Shown here: positions 36,763 through 51,317 of the stretch, one piece after another | Layout of the letters: the number at the start of each line of letters is the position of its first letter | How positions within the stretch are numbered: the first letter of the stretch is position 1 | Assembly (NCBI RefSeq): GCF_902713615.1 | Contig: NC_052147.1 | Span: 82,238,091 to 82,302,090 of the forward strand | Direction: 5' to 3' | DNA: 64,000 nt | Source: Scyliorhinus canicula | Lineage: Eukaryota | Notes under the pieces: model-generated | Seen by the model: only the letters and a program-made list of their open reading frames with translations | Told to the model about the DNA's origin: nothing | The model's database searches: none | Translations under genes and position numbers: made by a program

Positions 36763-37335
36763 ATTGTTGATGCCTTCATTTCTTGTTCTGATTGACGGCA
36801 GACACCCATTTGCCTTCTCACACCTTCCAGCCGTCCATTTTCAGCCACAAGGGTATGCGGGAACAATTATATATTTCTTCCTCTAGCTACAAGCCAGGCA
36901 AATCTTCCAGCTGAGCTTTCCCTTCTGAAATCCAAACTGAGCTTGAACCCCACCCACATTCTGCACGGTGAACAGAAGTTAGTTTCTTCTCTGCTTAAAG
37001 TGCAGGCCTGACAAGCCATCATCCCCTGTTGGCGCTATCAATCCAGTGAACTGTAGTCTACATCAGAATTGCAGTGGCTGACTTTGAGTGAATGCCTAGA
37101 TAACTTAAATGGAACCTTCAATCCACAGCCTATCTCTGTGAGAAAGTGGTATACTTTGGGGTGTCCTCGAGGGGAAATATTAATTACTTTAACTGTCGAA
37201 CCCATGTGCATAATTTATATTTCTAATAGATGTAATTGCCCTCTCTCCAGATTCCCCAGTTCCACTAAGGTTTTCAGAGATGAATTACCCATATTTAAAT
37301 TAGAGAGGAACATACGAATTAGGAGAAAGAGTAGA

Positions 37336-37871
37336 CAAGATGTAACGAGTGGTATGCCACTGGGATCAGTGCTAGTGCCTCAATGTTTTATCATTTATTT
37401 AAACAATTTGGATGAAGGGACCCAAGATATGGTTACTAAATTTGCTGATGACAATGATAAGTAGAAAGAAGAGAACGTAAAGAGGCTAACAAAGAGATAT
37501 AGATAGATTAAGTGAATGGGCAAAGATCTGGCAAATGGACTATAGTGCGGGAAAATGACAAATTAACCATTTTGGCAGGAAGAATAAAAGAAACATATTA
37601 TCTAAATGGTGAGAGATTGCAGAACTCTGAGATGCAGAGAAATCTGGGGATCCTACTGCATGAATCACTAAAGATTATCCCATTCACTTAACCTGTCCAT
37701 ATCCCTTTGTAGCCTCTATATGTCCTCTCCACCATTTCTTTCCTACCTATCTTTGTCATCAGAAAATTTAGCAACCATATCCTCGGTCCCTTCATCCAAA
37801 TTATTTAAATAAATTATAAAAAGTTGAGGCACTAGCACTGATCCCAGTGGCATAACACTCGTTGCATCTTG
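37336..37871. repeat. Inverted pair of old CR1 RT fragments (37336-37520 and 37679-37871)
   Basis: The second arm is the reverse complement of the first (e.g. tgccactgggatcagtgctagtgcctca), with scattered mismatches. Confidence 0.75.
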
Positions 37872-38039
37872 CCAACCAGGAAATTACCCATTCCTCTTTC
37901 ACCAAATCTGCCTGATTACCTTGCCTGCTGTAACGTCTTTAATAATAGCTTCTAACGTTTTCCCTATGACAGATATTCCAATCCCAGCTCACCTTACTAC
38001 TGGACAAGTCAAATCCCAGGGCGGAACCAAGCTTGATAG

Positions 38040-39910
38040 ATCCTGGGTGGGATTTGCCGTCAGGCAACGTCAAAATTTGGAAAGGCGATTGGGCCAAGAA
38101 TCAGTCTTGAAGCCATCGTGGCTGGCGCCTGGTTCACGCCAAATTGCAATTCTCTAGTACCTCGACTCCACACGTACACTAAACGGCGTTTGTATATCAT
38201 TAGTAGTTCTGACCTGGTGTTCTCCGGGACCTCCGAGATGCTTCGCTCCGGGGGATTTCATGATGGCGAGATTCACTTGTGCATTTAAAAATCGGAAATC
38301 AGTCGTAGCTGATGAGGGAGAGAAGGAGGACACGCAGAGGCGTGATCATGGCTGCTGGTGTCCAATGGCCCCTGGGCTACTCCATGGGACCGGGGTGTGT
38401 CTGGAGCTAACCCATGAGGATCCCCGCCACCTGGCTCTGCCAGTCCTAGAGGCTCACCCTTGCCTCGACCAGGATCTGCATGCTCACTGGCAATGGAGCA
38501 CAGGGAGCAGAAGTCACCTGTGCGGTGTTGGCCTCGGTGGAATGCATAGTCGGCACCACTTCCTGCTTCTGTGGTGGGACTCCTCTCACTGCACCTGTAC
38601 GCTTGCTGACAGCCCCTCGCGTAGTCCCTGGTTCTGCGACTGCATCTCCACAATCGATGGGACCGTCTATTCCAGAAGCCCAAAACCCATCTGGATGGCA
38701 GCTAGCCCCAGAGATCGGGCCGCCCTCCGAACGACTTCCCTCTTGGGGGTTGCTACCTCCATCTGTACTGGAGCATGTGTGTGGTGCGCAGATAGTGTCC
38801 CAGGAGCCTCTTCATTAAAGTGCCGAACCGAGGTGTCTCTGGGAGGGTGGAGGATATTGGAGACAACTGTGACGGGAAGTTAGTGTCTTTCCCAGACTCG
38901 AGCTCCGGGTTTCACGGGATGCGGGTCGATGGTTCCCGTCCATATCGGTATCATTGTCGTTGCTGGTCGACCCCTGGGGTTGGGGGAGGGGGCCACCAGA
39001 AGGGCCTGCCTTATCACCAGCAGCTCCTGCAAGACACCAGACAATGATTGCATCGTGGCTCAGTGATGGGGGTGTGTGGGGGGAGTGGTGGTGGATAAGC
39101 GGGTATGGGGGTGATGGAGCGGGGGTGTGAGGGTGACAGTGGGTGGGGGTGGGGGGAGGTGACACACATTCCATGGGGAACTGCAAAGCAGCGGGGTCTC
39201 ACTTGCTCACCTGATGCTGACCTCTGCCCCGGCGACTGCCCTTTCTTCGGGCCTCCACCCGCGTCCAGTGCCCCCTGCTCTGCTGTAGGGAGGGGCCGCA
39301 GGTCTAGTGGTTCTTCTCTCCCTATTAGCAATTGTGAATGACCTTCAATTTGACGCATGCAGCCCAGGGTTTGGGTAGCTGGTGGCTTCAGTGGCCAGGA
39401 TACCTGGCCTTGGCAGCTGGCATGTAGTGCAGGGTGGGGTTCGGTTGCTCTCTAATGGGGGTAGAGGTTACGGGTGTGGGGGGAGGAGGGGTGTTGGTGC
39501 TAGGGGCACAGTGCTGCCTCTTCACCCTGGCCGCCTTGAGGAGGTCTTGCAGTTTCTTTCGGCACTGCTAGTCGGTCCTCGTGGTATTGCCCACTTCGCT
39601 GATGGCCTCTGTCACCTGCATCCAGGCCCAGCGAATGGCAGCAGCTGGCACCCTGGGGTACAGGGTCTGCCACTTCTCCTGCATGGTATCCAGCAGGGTC
39701 TTTAGTTCAGCATCCATGAACATTGGTGCTGCTTGTCTTGCTGCCATCCCTCCACACAGCATTTCTCATTGGAATTGATTGCATTCCATGTAGCGCCGGT
39801 ACTAACAACTTAATGGTCAGTGAATTGCGATGCCAAATTGGCTGTCGTGGAAGTCCACTAATCCTGCCCCGACATCAACACTTAGTCTCAGGAACGGGGA
39901 ATATGGCTCC
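38040..39910 (-). mobile_element. Harbinger-derived element with Myb/SANT ORF remnant
   Basis: MAARQAAPMFMDAELKTLLD...WMQVTEAIS...RT..QCRKKLQDL. The end sequence tcaacacttag.ctcagga is shared with the 29998-30891 MITE. Confidence 0.65.
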
Positions 39911-42900
39911 CTAACTTTGAACTTTTTTTCCCCGAGAGAGCCGACTAACGGCTGCCACCTCTGGGTGAACCCAACCATTGACCCTCTTAAGGCAAACTTT
40001 ATCTTCTTTAGACTGAGAAACCCAGCCATGTCACTAATCCAGGTCTCTGCACTCGGGGGCTTTGAGTCCCTCCACATTAGCAAGATCCATCTCCAAACTA
40101 CCAGGGAGGCAAAGGCCAAGACTTCGGCCTCTTTTGCCCCCTGAACACCCAGCTCTTTCGACACTCCAAAGATCGCCACCTCCGGGCTCGGCACCACCCG
40201 TGTTTTTAGTACCGTGGACATTGCCTTACCAAAACCCTCTAAGTTTCGGGCATGCCCAAAACATGTGGACATGATTTGCTGGGCTTCCCGCACACCCTGC
40301 ACACCTGTCCTCAACACCGAAGAACTTGCTCATCCGGGCCACTGTCATGTGTACCCGGTGGACTACCTTAAACTGTATCAGGCTGAGCCTGGCACATGAT
40401 GAGGATGTATTAACCCTGCTTAGGGCATCCGCCCATAGACGCGCCTCTATCTCTCCTCCTAGCTCACCCTCCCACTTGCCCTTAAGCTCCTCCCGGACCG
40501 GAGTGTCCTCTGCCTCCGAGAGCTCCTGGTAAATATCCAATACCTTACCCTCTCCCACCCAGGTACTGAAGGCGACTCTATCCTGTATCCCCCGTGGCAG
40601 CAGCACGGAACCTGCTTTCTCGGGAAGTTTTGCACCTGCAAATACCTAAACCTGTTCCCTGCTGGTAATTCAATCCCCTTTGCGTAAAGCGAGACCCGGG
40701 GCTCCAACTCCCTCCCCTCCCCCGAAACCAGCCCTTTCCAGTTCATAGAGGCCCTTAATGCCATGGCCAATGGCTATATGGCCGAGCAAACAGTAATGGG
40801 GAGAGGGGGCTCCCTTGCCTCATCCCTCGGTGTAGTTCAAAATAGCCCGACCTCAGCCAGTTCATACGCACACTCGCTACTGGTGCCTGATAGAGCAACC
40901 GCACCCAATCAATAAAGCCCTCCCCAAACCGTCCCAGCGCCTCCCATAGGTGATTCCACTCCACCCAATCAAAAGTATTATCCACATCCATTGCTCCCAC
41001 CACCTCCACCTTCTCGACTTTTGAGGGCATCATAATAACATTTAAAAGCCTTGAGTTGCCTGCCCTTTACAAATCCTGTCTGGTCTTCCCCTGTCACCCC
41101 CGGGACACAGTCCTCTATCCTTGTGGCCAGTATCTTAACCAGCAGTTTGGCGTCGACATTCAGTAGAGATATTGGCCTGTATGACCCGCATTGCTCCGGA
41201 TCCTTCTCCATTTCGGAATCAGTCAAATCGAGGCCTGTGACATTGTTGGGAGGAGGATTCCCTTCTCTCGTGCTTCATTGAATGTCCTCACCAGCAACGG
41301 GTTCAATATCTCTGAAAACTTCTTATAGAATTCCACCGGATAGCCGTCAGGCCCCGGGCCTTGCCCGACTGCATGCCCTCCAGCCCCTCAATTATTTCCT
41401 CAATCTCAATTGGGGCTCCCAGCCCTTCCACTAGATCCACAGCAACCCTCGGGAACCTCAACTGATCCAAAAACTGCCTCATCCCCTCCACCCCCGCCGG
41501 TGGTTCCAACTCATATAAATTACAATAATAATCCTGAAACATCTCATTCACCCCCACTGGGTCCAGGACAGTATTTCTGCCTCTACTCTTTACTCTCCCT
41601 ATCTCCCTGGCCGCCTCCCTTTTCCTGAGCTAGTGTGCTAACATTCTGCTTGCCTTTTCCCTGTACTCATAAATCATCCCCCTTGCCTTCCTCAACTGTT
41701 CCATTGCTTTCCCTGTAGTCAACAGCCCAAACTCCGCCTGTAACCTCCGCCGCTGCCTCAGTAGCCCCGCGTCCAGGGCCTCCGAGTATCTCCTGTCCAC
41801 CTGGAGTATCTCCTCCACTAACCTATCCCTCTCGCATCGTTCCGCCTTTTCTCTGTGGGCCCGTATCGAGATTAATTCCCCTCTGACCACTGCCTTCAAA
41901 GCTTCCCAAACTGTTGCTGCAGAGACCTCACCCGTATCATTTGTTTCCAGGTAGTTCTGGATCGCTTCGTCCGCTAGCAACCCCACATCCAGTCTCCACT
42001 GCGGGCGTTGCCCTCTCTCCACACTAACCTGTAGATCCACCCAATGTGGGGCATGATCCGACACTGCGATTGCCGAGTATTCCGTATCCACCGCCCCGGT
42101 ACTTGCGCCCTGCTCAGAACAAAAAGGTCGATGCGAGAGTGTACCTTGTGGATATGTGAGAAAAAAAGAAAAACCCTTCTCCCTTGGCCGTGCAAACCTC
42201 CATGGGACTAAACCCCCCCCCCCCCCCCATCTGTTCCATAAACCCTTCAATTCCTTTGCCGCAGCTGGCCTCCTCCCTGTCCTGGATTTTGACCGGTCGA
42301 ATTCCGGATCAATGACTATTAAAATCTCCCCCCGCATGATCAGGTTATGTGACTCTAAGTCTGGGATCTTACCTAACACCTGCCTCATATATTCCACATC
42401 GTTCCAATTCAGAGCATATATGTTCACGAGTACCACCCGCACCCCCTCCAGCTTCCCACTCACCATTATGTATGTATCCCCCTTGTCTGACACGATTCTC
42501 TCTGCCTCGAATGCCACTTGTTTATTGATCAAGATCGCTACCCCCTGGTCTTTGAGTCCAGCCCTGAGTGGAATTCTTGGCCAACCCACCCCTTTCTCAA
42601 TCTATAACCTTTATGTGTGTCTCTTGTAGCATTGCCACGTCTGCCTTCAGCCCCCTCAAATGCACAAACACGCGAGCCCCCTTGACCGGCCCATTCAACC
42701 CTCTGACGTTCCATGTAATCAGCCTTCAGCGTGGTTGGGGGTGCTTCCTCCCCCCTCTCCCCCCAGCCGACTGCCCATCATCCTTTTTAGGCCAGCCTCT
42801 AGCTCGCGCCCTCCGTCTCCTCGAGCTCTCTCTCGGGCATTCGCCATTGCCGACCTCCCATTTGTCCCCTAGTTACAGTCCCGTCCCCCCCCCCTCCGTG

Positions 42901-43230
42901 GCCAAAGCAGCTACCCCCCCTCTCCCGCCCCACCCCCCCCAGCAACAGCACTAGAAACCCAACCCCACAAGTCAAGCTCCAGCTTAACACCTGCTCGCCC
43001 CCCACTGTGCTTCCGAGAGTCAGCTGACCCATACTGACTTGGTAGCGCCCGCCCGTGGAACCAAGCAGTCTGCCTCCCCATTGTTCTCTTCCCCCCCCCC
43101 CCAACTTGGATAAACATATTAAAAGCATCACTATCCCCCGTAAATAAAACATCAGAAAAACAGTGAAGAAACAGCCACTTTAGGAACAAAAACACCCAAA
43201 ACAGAACCAGCCCCAAAGACCATCCCCCCT
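39911..43230 (-). mobile_element. L1-like LINE ORF2, decayed
   Basis: TWNVRG, SDHAPHW, YRPISLLNVDAK, RQGSPLSP and HMFWACP. Confidence 0.85.
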
Positions 43231-44368
43231 ATAACAGCTCACTGCAAGACAAAGAGGCCCTTTGGCCCATCATGTCTGCACCGGCCATCAAGCACCTATC
43301 CTAATCCCATTTTCCAGTACAGTATGGTGGATGCAGATTCAGTTGAGATATTGAAGATGGCATTAAATTATTACTTGAATAGACACAATGTACAGGAATA
43401 TGGGGAAACGGCATATGAATAGCATTGTCTTTTAAGTTTTATACTATCTACCATCTTGTTGCCGTGAGTGAAAACCAGATGAGCTCAAGTGCTTCAGCGA
43501 GCCAAACAGTCATGATATTGTGGTGAATGTGTGCCCTGGTATGCTTTTAAGGCCACTGTCTCCCAGAGTTGAGATATTGAAGAGTTTGTGTGGGCAGAGA
43601 TGTGTTGGATAATTTGGAACTGCTCTTACCACAGTCTTAAATGTAGCTTCAGTCTCTCCCGACATTCCCTTGGAATTGAATTGCTCATATCAGGAGCAGG
43701 ATTCTCCCGTTGCTGATGCAGAAATCACGTTTGGCGATCAGCCGGAGAATCCCCGTTTGTGACGAGCTGGAAGCGAAAGAAAGCAAGTACTAGCTGAGAT
43801 ATCACTAAGCAAGACACTTAAAAAATTAAAATTTTAAAAATCAACTTGGGCCAAGTAGTGATAAAAATTTAAATTGTCATTTAAAACATCAGCCAGCAGA
43901 TGGAGCTGTGCGCAAAAGATGAGACAAAGTTTCAGAGCACCAAGCATTCCAGAAAGTTCGAAATCACCATCTACTGGTGCCACACAGCACTGCCACAATT
44001 CAGTGCAGAAATATTTCCACAACTATTCAATAACATGCAAGCTTCTGATCTTACTATCCCATTTACCAACTCTGGTGTTGCTTTAAGGAAGGCAATGCAT
44101 ATACTCTTTTAACCATTACCACTCCATTGTGGGTACCAGTCTTGTCTGCTGCATCTCTCTTTATTCTGTTTTGCTTGACGTGTGCATCGCTGACCAGGCC
44201 AGCATTTATTGCCATCTTTATTTGACCTTGATGGTGAGGGATGAGCACTGCCTGCAATTGCTGCAATCCATGCCCCATTGTTAATCCATGCTCTTGTTAA
44301 TATTTTTGTAGTTTCCAATGGACTGGCCTTTAACCTCCTGTCTGACCTACTTCTGATACATAGATGAT

Positions 44369-44554
44369 GGCCCAAATTCTTCGGCCGTTAGGAATTTATT
44401 TTTCCGTTGCCAGCGCATCGTCACCCACAGGTTCCGATGGTGTGGGGTGACTTCAATGAGAAATCCCATTGACAAGCGGGAAGATAGAATCCCGCCTCCA
44501 GCGAATGGCTTGCTGCTGAGAAACAAATGGATGGAGGACTGGAGAATCTAGCCT
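44369..44554. mobile_element. Harbinger-type MITE (same family as 21296-21479)
   Basis: TIRs GGCCCAAATTCTTC / AGGCTAGATTCTCC and 3-bp TSD GAT. The internal cccattgacaag motif is shared in reverse orientation. Confidence 0.7.
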
Positions 44555-45659
44555 GATATGTTTGTTGTATATAAACGTTGCAATATAAATCCTGCCCATT
44601 TTGGGCGGCATCACTTTTTAGCAAATCTGCATATTAGAGCAAGACAGTTAGTCTCACTTTAATGTGCAGAATCCTGAGGTAACCAAGGTGTGGAATCTAC
44701 CTATTCGCCTCGGAGACCTCTGGCAAGCGTAGTTCAGCACTGTCCCACGACACGACTTCCCCAGCCCTATGGGAATGTCCCCGCTCCCCCTATACCTGCG
44801 CAGGGCACTCCTGGCCCGATCGCTAGCACACACAATGCCAGGTTGGCACCTTGGCAGTATCAGCGGGCACCCAAATGACTTCTGCACTCTAGGAATTCTA
44901 TGATTTGTAAGGTAATTTTAAATAAGATGGGGTGTTGGGCGATGGGGCAGTAGTTTGCAAGGGCATTTTGGTTTTTTGAGAAGAAGGCTTTTGAAAACAC
45001 ATTTAAATGAGGCAGAAGCACCTGGAGAGAGAAAACTGCTAAAAAAATAAAAATAATTAACATGGGTAGACGAGTTGTCAGATTTAGTGGACAAGTAGAG
45101 GAAACAGGAGGTGGGTCTCATGCACAAGATGAACTCCGAGATGGCATAAGGGGAGATGGGAGAAAAATATCTGAAGTCAGGGGAAGGGAAGTTGGAAACT
45201 TTTGAGGAAGATTAGCCTAATAGGCTAGTGGCAGAGAGAGACTCAGCAACGTTAGCTGACCAGATGTTCACGATCTTGGTGACAGCAAAGCTGTGCTAAC
45301 CAACTTAGTGTTGGAGGTGAGGCTGTAGACAATGGTGAAGAAGGGTTTAAAGAGAATATTTTGCAGTAGAGAAAAGAAGCTGGGAGTTACCTTTGCAACC
45401 TAAAAATGTGATGGGGCATTTTGATTACAACTGATTCATTTTCACATTGAGTACAAGGAAAAGAGTTTGGTTGGGATTTTTCAGTGCAGCACATAAAAGT
45501 GGTGCTTGTTGTTGCAAAGAAACAAAGCAAAGTCTTAATGGCAGAACAATGGACAGCTCTGTGTGAAAGTGAACACATGAAATCAAGATGAAGACTGGCC
45601 CTTGGCAAAGAAAAAGCGCAAATCAAAATGTCAGACCTGGTCTGAAGTTATTGAACTCC

Positions 45660-46085
45660 ATTTTGAATGCATAAGGCTGTAAAAATCCTTATTCGAAGAT
45701 GAGGTGCTGTTCCTCGAGCTGGAATTGGGCTTCACTGGAATGTTGCATCAGGCCAAGGAGAGAAATGCGAGTATGAGAGCAAGGTAGTGAATTGAAATGG
45801 CAACCAACGAGAAGGTTGAGATCATGCTTGCGGAGTGAGCAGAGATGTTCGACAGAGTCATCTACTCCGTGTTTGGTCTCCTGAATGTAGAGGAGACAAC
45901 ATTGTGAACAGCGACTACTGCATACAAAATTGAAAGAAGTACACATAAATTGCTGCTTCACCTGCAAGGAGTGTTTGGGGGCTTGAACAGTGAGTAGAGA
46001 GGAGGTAAAAGGGCAGGTGTTACGTTTCCTGTGATTTCATAGAGGTGCCTGGGAAGGGACGAAATGTTATGGTGATAGAGGAGCA
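45660..46085 (-). mobile_element. Penelope-like element, GIY-YIG endonuclease remnant (continues at ~51640-51830)
   Basis: FMCTSFNFVCSSRCSQCCLLYIQETK...EHL...VGCHFNS resembles the Penelope GIY-YIG domain. The upstream part NRVPLV...DATT.HIF lies beyond the Gypsy insertion. Confidence 0.7.
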
Positions 46086-47546
46086 ATGCTTTGCAGTTAT
46101 GATCTGGAAGGTGGTAATTGTCATGCTAACCAAATCCCAAAAGGAAACTTTGCCAGCGATCACAGCGATTTTTAATTTGTTTTTTACTATGAAGGACCAT
46201 ATGTACTGAAGTCAGGAGTCTCAAATTCCAGCAACACTTTTCAGATGTTAAATAGTAAATAAAAACATTTATAAAGAAAGGAAAACGTAAACATGCAAGA
46301 TTACATTTACGAATTGCTTACAACATAAATCTCAAAAGGCTGCAAAGCTAACATCAGACTTAGAGTTTCTTTTTTGATGAGTGAATGTATTCTGATTAAT
46401 TCAACTTCTGTGAGAAGTATCATACTGACTTTTCAATTTCCAGTTCTCCATCTTGTAATAACACAGCACCAACACTAATAGCACTCACATCAATGGCCAC
46501 CTTAAATTGCTTTGTGTAATTAGGTGCCGCTAGAACCAGTGTCATAATCAGCACGTTTTTCAAACTGTCAAATGCATTATGACACTCTTGTGTCCATTGA
46601 AATTTTCTGTTCTTTTTTTAGTAATTCGGTCAATGGAGCAACCATACTAATAGAATTTGGCACAAACGTCTGATGAAATCCATTTATCCCAAGAAATCTC
46701 AAAACTTCTAATTTTGGTGTAGGCACTGGGAATTCCACAATGCCTTTTATTTTTGCACTTTGTGAGGCCACTTGACCATGTCCAACAGTGTGGCCTACAT
46801 ATGTAACTTGCACTTTACAAATTCACTTAGCCATGTTTACAACAAAATTAGCTTTTTGCAGTCGATCAAACAGTTCCTTCAAATGTTGCAAATGCTCCTT
46901 CCACATTTGACTGAAAACGTACCAAGTCATCAATATAAACAGTGCAATTTCTCACTTCTGCAATTACTTTGTTAGTCTTTGAAATGTTGCCAGTTGCCGG
47001 TGAATTCTTCATACTAAATGGCATAACTTTGAACTGATATCGCCCACCTGGCATTACAAAAGCTAATATCTCTTTCGCCCTTTCAGATAAGGGTACTTGG
47101 CCAATGTTGTCACAGCAAGTCGATTTTTGTGATAAACTCTGAACCACTTTCTCAATACAATCTTCCAAACATGGAATTGGATATGCATCCGCTTTTGTTA
47201 CTGCATTCACTTGCCAATAATCAATACACAGCCTTTGTGTTCCATCCGGTTTTGGTACCATCACAATTGCTGCAACTGGGTGAATTCCAATTGCTACAAC
47301 TGGGTGTTATTCTGAAGCATAAATTCAATTTCTTTTGCACTTGAGCTAATTTTACTGGATTTAATCTATTGTTGCCTTATTGAAACAGAATCCCCCACAT
47401 CCACATCATGTATTATAAATTTGTTTTTCCCAGCTTATTCCACAAAAAGCTTTGCATGACTGATAGCTTTCCCAATTCACTTTGACACTTGTCTGGAAGG
47501 TAACTCAGCATCACGTGTTAGATTCCTAAGCACTTACGTTGTCCAT

Positions 47547-47857
47547 GGCAGCAGTGACACTGCTGCCTCACAGCGCCAGGGTTTTGAGTTCAATTCCGGC
47601 CTTGGGTGACTGTGTGGAGTTTGCTTGTTCTCCGCCTGTCTGTATGGGTTTTCCTCCGGCTGCTTTGGTTTCCGCCCACTTCCAAAGATGTGCGGGTTAG
47701 GTGGATTGGCCATGCTAAATTCCCCCTTTGGGTCCAGGGATGGGCAGGTTAGGTTGCGGAGTGGACAGGGGAATGGACCTGGATAGAGTGCTCTTTCGGA
47801 GGCTCGATGCAGACCCGGTGAGCTGAATGGCCTCCTTCTGCACGGTAAGGATTCTAT
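47547..47857 (+). mobile_element. V-SINE nested in the Gypsy element
   Basis: tRNA head, diverged V-domain and ttctatg tail. Confidence 0.8.
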
Positions 47858-50800
47858 GAAACTTCAGTCAAATTCAGAATCCTTCATTTTTACCCTCTTT
47901 TCCTTGTCTACCAGTACCAATACCACCTCCTGGTTATCTTCCTTGTTGAAGTACTTTTAAGCATATTTAAATGGCACATGGTTTGATTTTTCCTTCTTTA
48001 TGGGGTGTTTATTAAATAAATAATTTACTTAATTCAATCTCTTTTCAATCCAACAAGATCCACTAAACCTTGCCTTTAACAGTGTGCCTGAAACCAGCAA
48101 CAATACTAACCCCTTTTCCCTAGCCACAATACTGCAAGCCTCTTTAATTTTAATCTGCATTTTCCTTCATTACTTGCTGCGATGTCTGTAAATGTTTCCT
48201 AGCTAACTCAGATGTTCTGCTCAATCTTTCTTTGAATTTTGTTGCATAATCCAGGAGAGTCTTTTCGGAACTTTGACTCAGGCAAGCAGGCACTTAAAAT
48301 GAATAGGGCCAAGTTGAATGTTCTATGTAAACACAACATGGGTAGAAATTTGCATTGGGAGATAAGTGAGGATTTGGAGTTTTAGCTGTTGCATTTCAAA
48401 GGGAGGTAATTTCCCCTGAATCAACTAGAGTGGTTCCACTGTCTCATGCCATAAATTAATTCAAAAGCAATGAAGCCTGTTGATTCATTAGGGGCGTCCT
48501 TAATAGCAAACAACAAGAATGAAATCCCTCGATTCCAATCCTGTGAGTAGTCTTGACTATCTGCTCTCATCATAATCTTTAAACTCTGATGCCATCTCTC
48601 TAAGGCACCTTGTGATTCCGGGTGATAGGCTGTTGACCTCAACTTCTTTATTCCTATACCCTCAATACTTTTTTAAACTGCTGTGACATGAAATTCAAAC
48701 TCTGATCCAACGATTTTCCCTTTGGTAACCCACATCTTGCATTTGGTCAATCGTCTACAATCCTCTTTGCTGTAATATTTCTTAAAGGTATTGCATCTGG
48801 AAATCCATGATTGTTAGCGAGTAGTGGTTTCCACTTTTAGTTTTAGGGAGGGGCCCTATAATCAATCAGGACCCTGTTAAAAGGTTCCTCAAACGCTGGA
48901 ATTGGAATTAAAGATGCAGGTTTAATTATTGCTTGAAGTTTTCCTACCACTTGCCGTGTGACATGTATGACAGAATTTGACTGCATCTTTACGTAGTCTA
49001 GGCCAATAGAAATGTTTTCCTAAATTCCTAAGTGCCCAGTGGCTGAAATTTCATGTGCCATTCTCAATATTTTACCCCTTTTCATCTGCCGGATCGTGAA
49101 GTTTCCATTTCCTTATCAACATGCCTTATTTGTGGATCTTTCTGCTGTAACTCTACTAATTTCACTGAACTAAACACTTCAGCCTCACTCTCTCCAACAA
49201 TCTCCTCCTGAAGAATCAGCTAACTGAATATCAGCATATTTCCATGTCTTTTAGATTCTTCCTCTCCCATTTTCAACATGTGAGTTTGTGACCTTACTCA
49301 ACAGTCTAGAAACAATTTTAATATCTTTTCTTGCTCATCCCTGTACATGTGAATCTACGCTTCTTTCGCATATAAAATCTTTGAACATCTCTCTAACCTG
49401 CCCTTCAAAATTCCTTTGGGTAAGGTGTGAACACATTCCTATTTATTTAGTTATTACTAATCTCTTCTTTTCCACTTGTACAAAAGCTTGTCTTGCCCCA
49501 AATTCTCAGAGCCCCTAGCACTCTTACAGAACTCTTTTGAGTCCCATGTTACTGCCATGTTAGGTTTTCCATTCAACCACGAACAAGTTGACTTTGTGTG
49601 CTCAACCTTATTACATGGAAATACTTAAGCCTTTGAGTATAATTTCCTCCATCAGCACCTTACTCTGTGATCTGAGGAGACATTTCCTGAGAATGTCCAG
49701 CTGTCCCTTCTCTTCCCTGGCTATTCGCCTTCCTTTTACCATCCACCTTCTATCTTTCTCTAGTTTAAGGGGGTGATGGAAAAAGCTTTTGATCTGTAAA
49801 CCAGCTCTTCCTACCTAGCCATTTTAACCCTCTAGTCTTTAACATGGATTCTAACTACCAAAGGAAGTTGTTCTTTAAATCCTTCCAAAATAATTATTTC
49901 TCTGAGAGCTTCATATGTTGTCTCTATCCTTAATGCCCATATCCAACAGTGAAAATTACTTTGTTTTAACATCTCAAACTCAATGTAAGTGTGTCCAGGC
50001 TGTTTCCTTGCACTCTGAAATTTCTGTCTGTATGACCCAGAAAACAATTGATACAAACTAAGGATAGCTTTCTTTACTGCGTCGTACTTCACCAAATACC
50101 TCTTCTGACAGCAATGCATATACCACATGTGTTGAACCTATTCTAAGCGCAATGTCCAGAATTCCTTTGCTCAGCCATTTTCTCAAATGAAATAAAGAAT
50201 ACCTCCACAACCCTTTCCTCATACTTTGAGAGGGCTTTCGCAAATTTAAATGGGCCCAGGTCTGGTAATAAATTCTTCCCCACTACTCTTTTATTAACTT
50301 GCAGACTTTCAAGCTGGTAATCTCTCACTTTATCCTTTCCTCCTATGTTAACTTCTCCCTTTCATGTATTTTTTCTTGTTGCTGCCTTTCTGTTTGCTCC
50401 CCTGGAAATGCTGGTTCCCACTCCTTTTCTTCCCTTTCTCTTTCCTCTCGTTCTCTTCCTTTTACCTCCAATTCAAGTTATTCCATTTACAACTGAACCT
50501 TAGACAATTCTAGTGACTCATCCCTTGGCGAACGTGATCCCTTGGTGAATGTGATCTCTGGTATCCCTTCCAATTTCGAATGCTGCGCTATCATCTCAAC
50601 TATGTCTGCTCTCCTCGCCCTCTAAGGCTAATTCTAACTGAAATTTATCCACCAGTTCCGTTTACTGAGCCATTGTTACTCTCTGTAAACCAGTCAGGGT
50701 TACATCTTCCACTCTTGGCCTTTGCCAAAGCCATTTTGCAGTCCAACTACTTTAAAATCTCAACACTCTCTCTGGAATGTGATACACGTAGCTTTTAAGT

Positions 50801-50981
50801 TTACCAACTCCAAGCCAATCAAATATTTTTTTAAATCCTGAAAAGGATCCCCCCCCCCATTTTGTTATGATCTGGTGTGTGTTAATTGCTGTGCTGACCA
50901 AAGGAAACTTGGCAAGCTATCAACAATTTTACTGAGAAGATGTGTGCTGAAGTCAGGAGTCCCAAATTCCAATAACACTTT

Positions 50982-51317
50982 ATAGAACATAGAACAGCAC
51001 AGAACAGGCCCTTCAGCCCTCGATGTTGTGCCGAGCAATGATCACCCTACTTAAACCCACATACCCGTAACCCAACAATCCCCCCATTAACCTTACACTA
51101 CGGGCAATTTAGCATGGCCAATCCACCTAACCCACACATCTTTGGACTGTGGGAGGAAACCGGAGCACCCGGAGGAAACCCACGCACACACGGGGAGGAC
51201 GTGCAGACTCCACACAGACAGTGACCCAGCTCGGGAATCGAACCTGGGACCCTGGAGCTGTGAAGCATTGATGCTAACCACCATGCTACCGTGAGGCCCC
51301 TGCTACCGTGAGGCCCC
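50982..51317 (-). mobile_element. V-SINE with CR1 tail nested in the Gypsy LTR
   Basis: Nearly identical to 6011-6354, with a 17-bp tandem duplication of its head (51284-51317). Confidence 0.88.
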
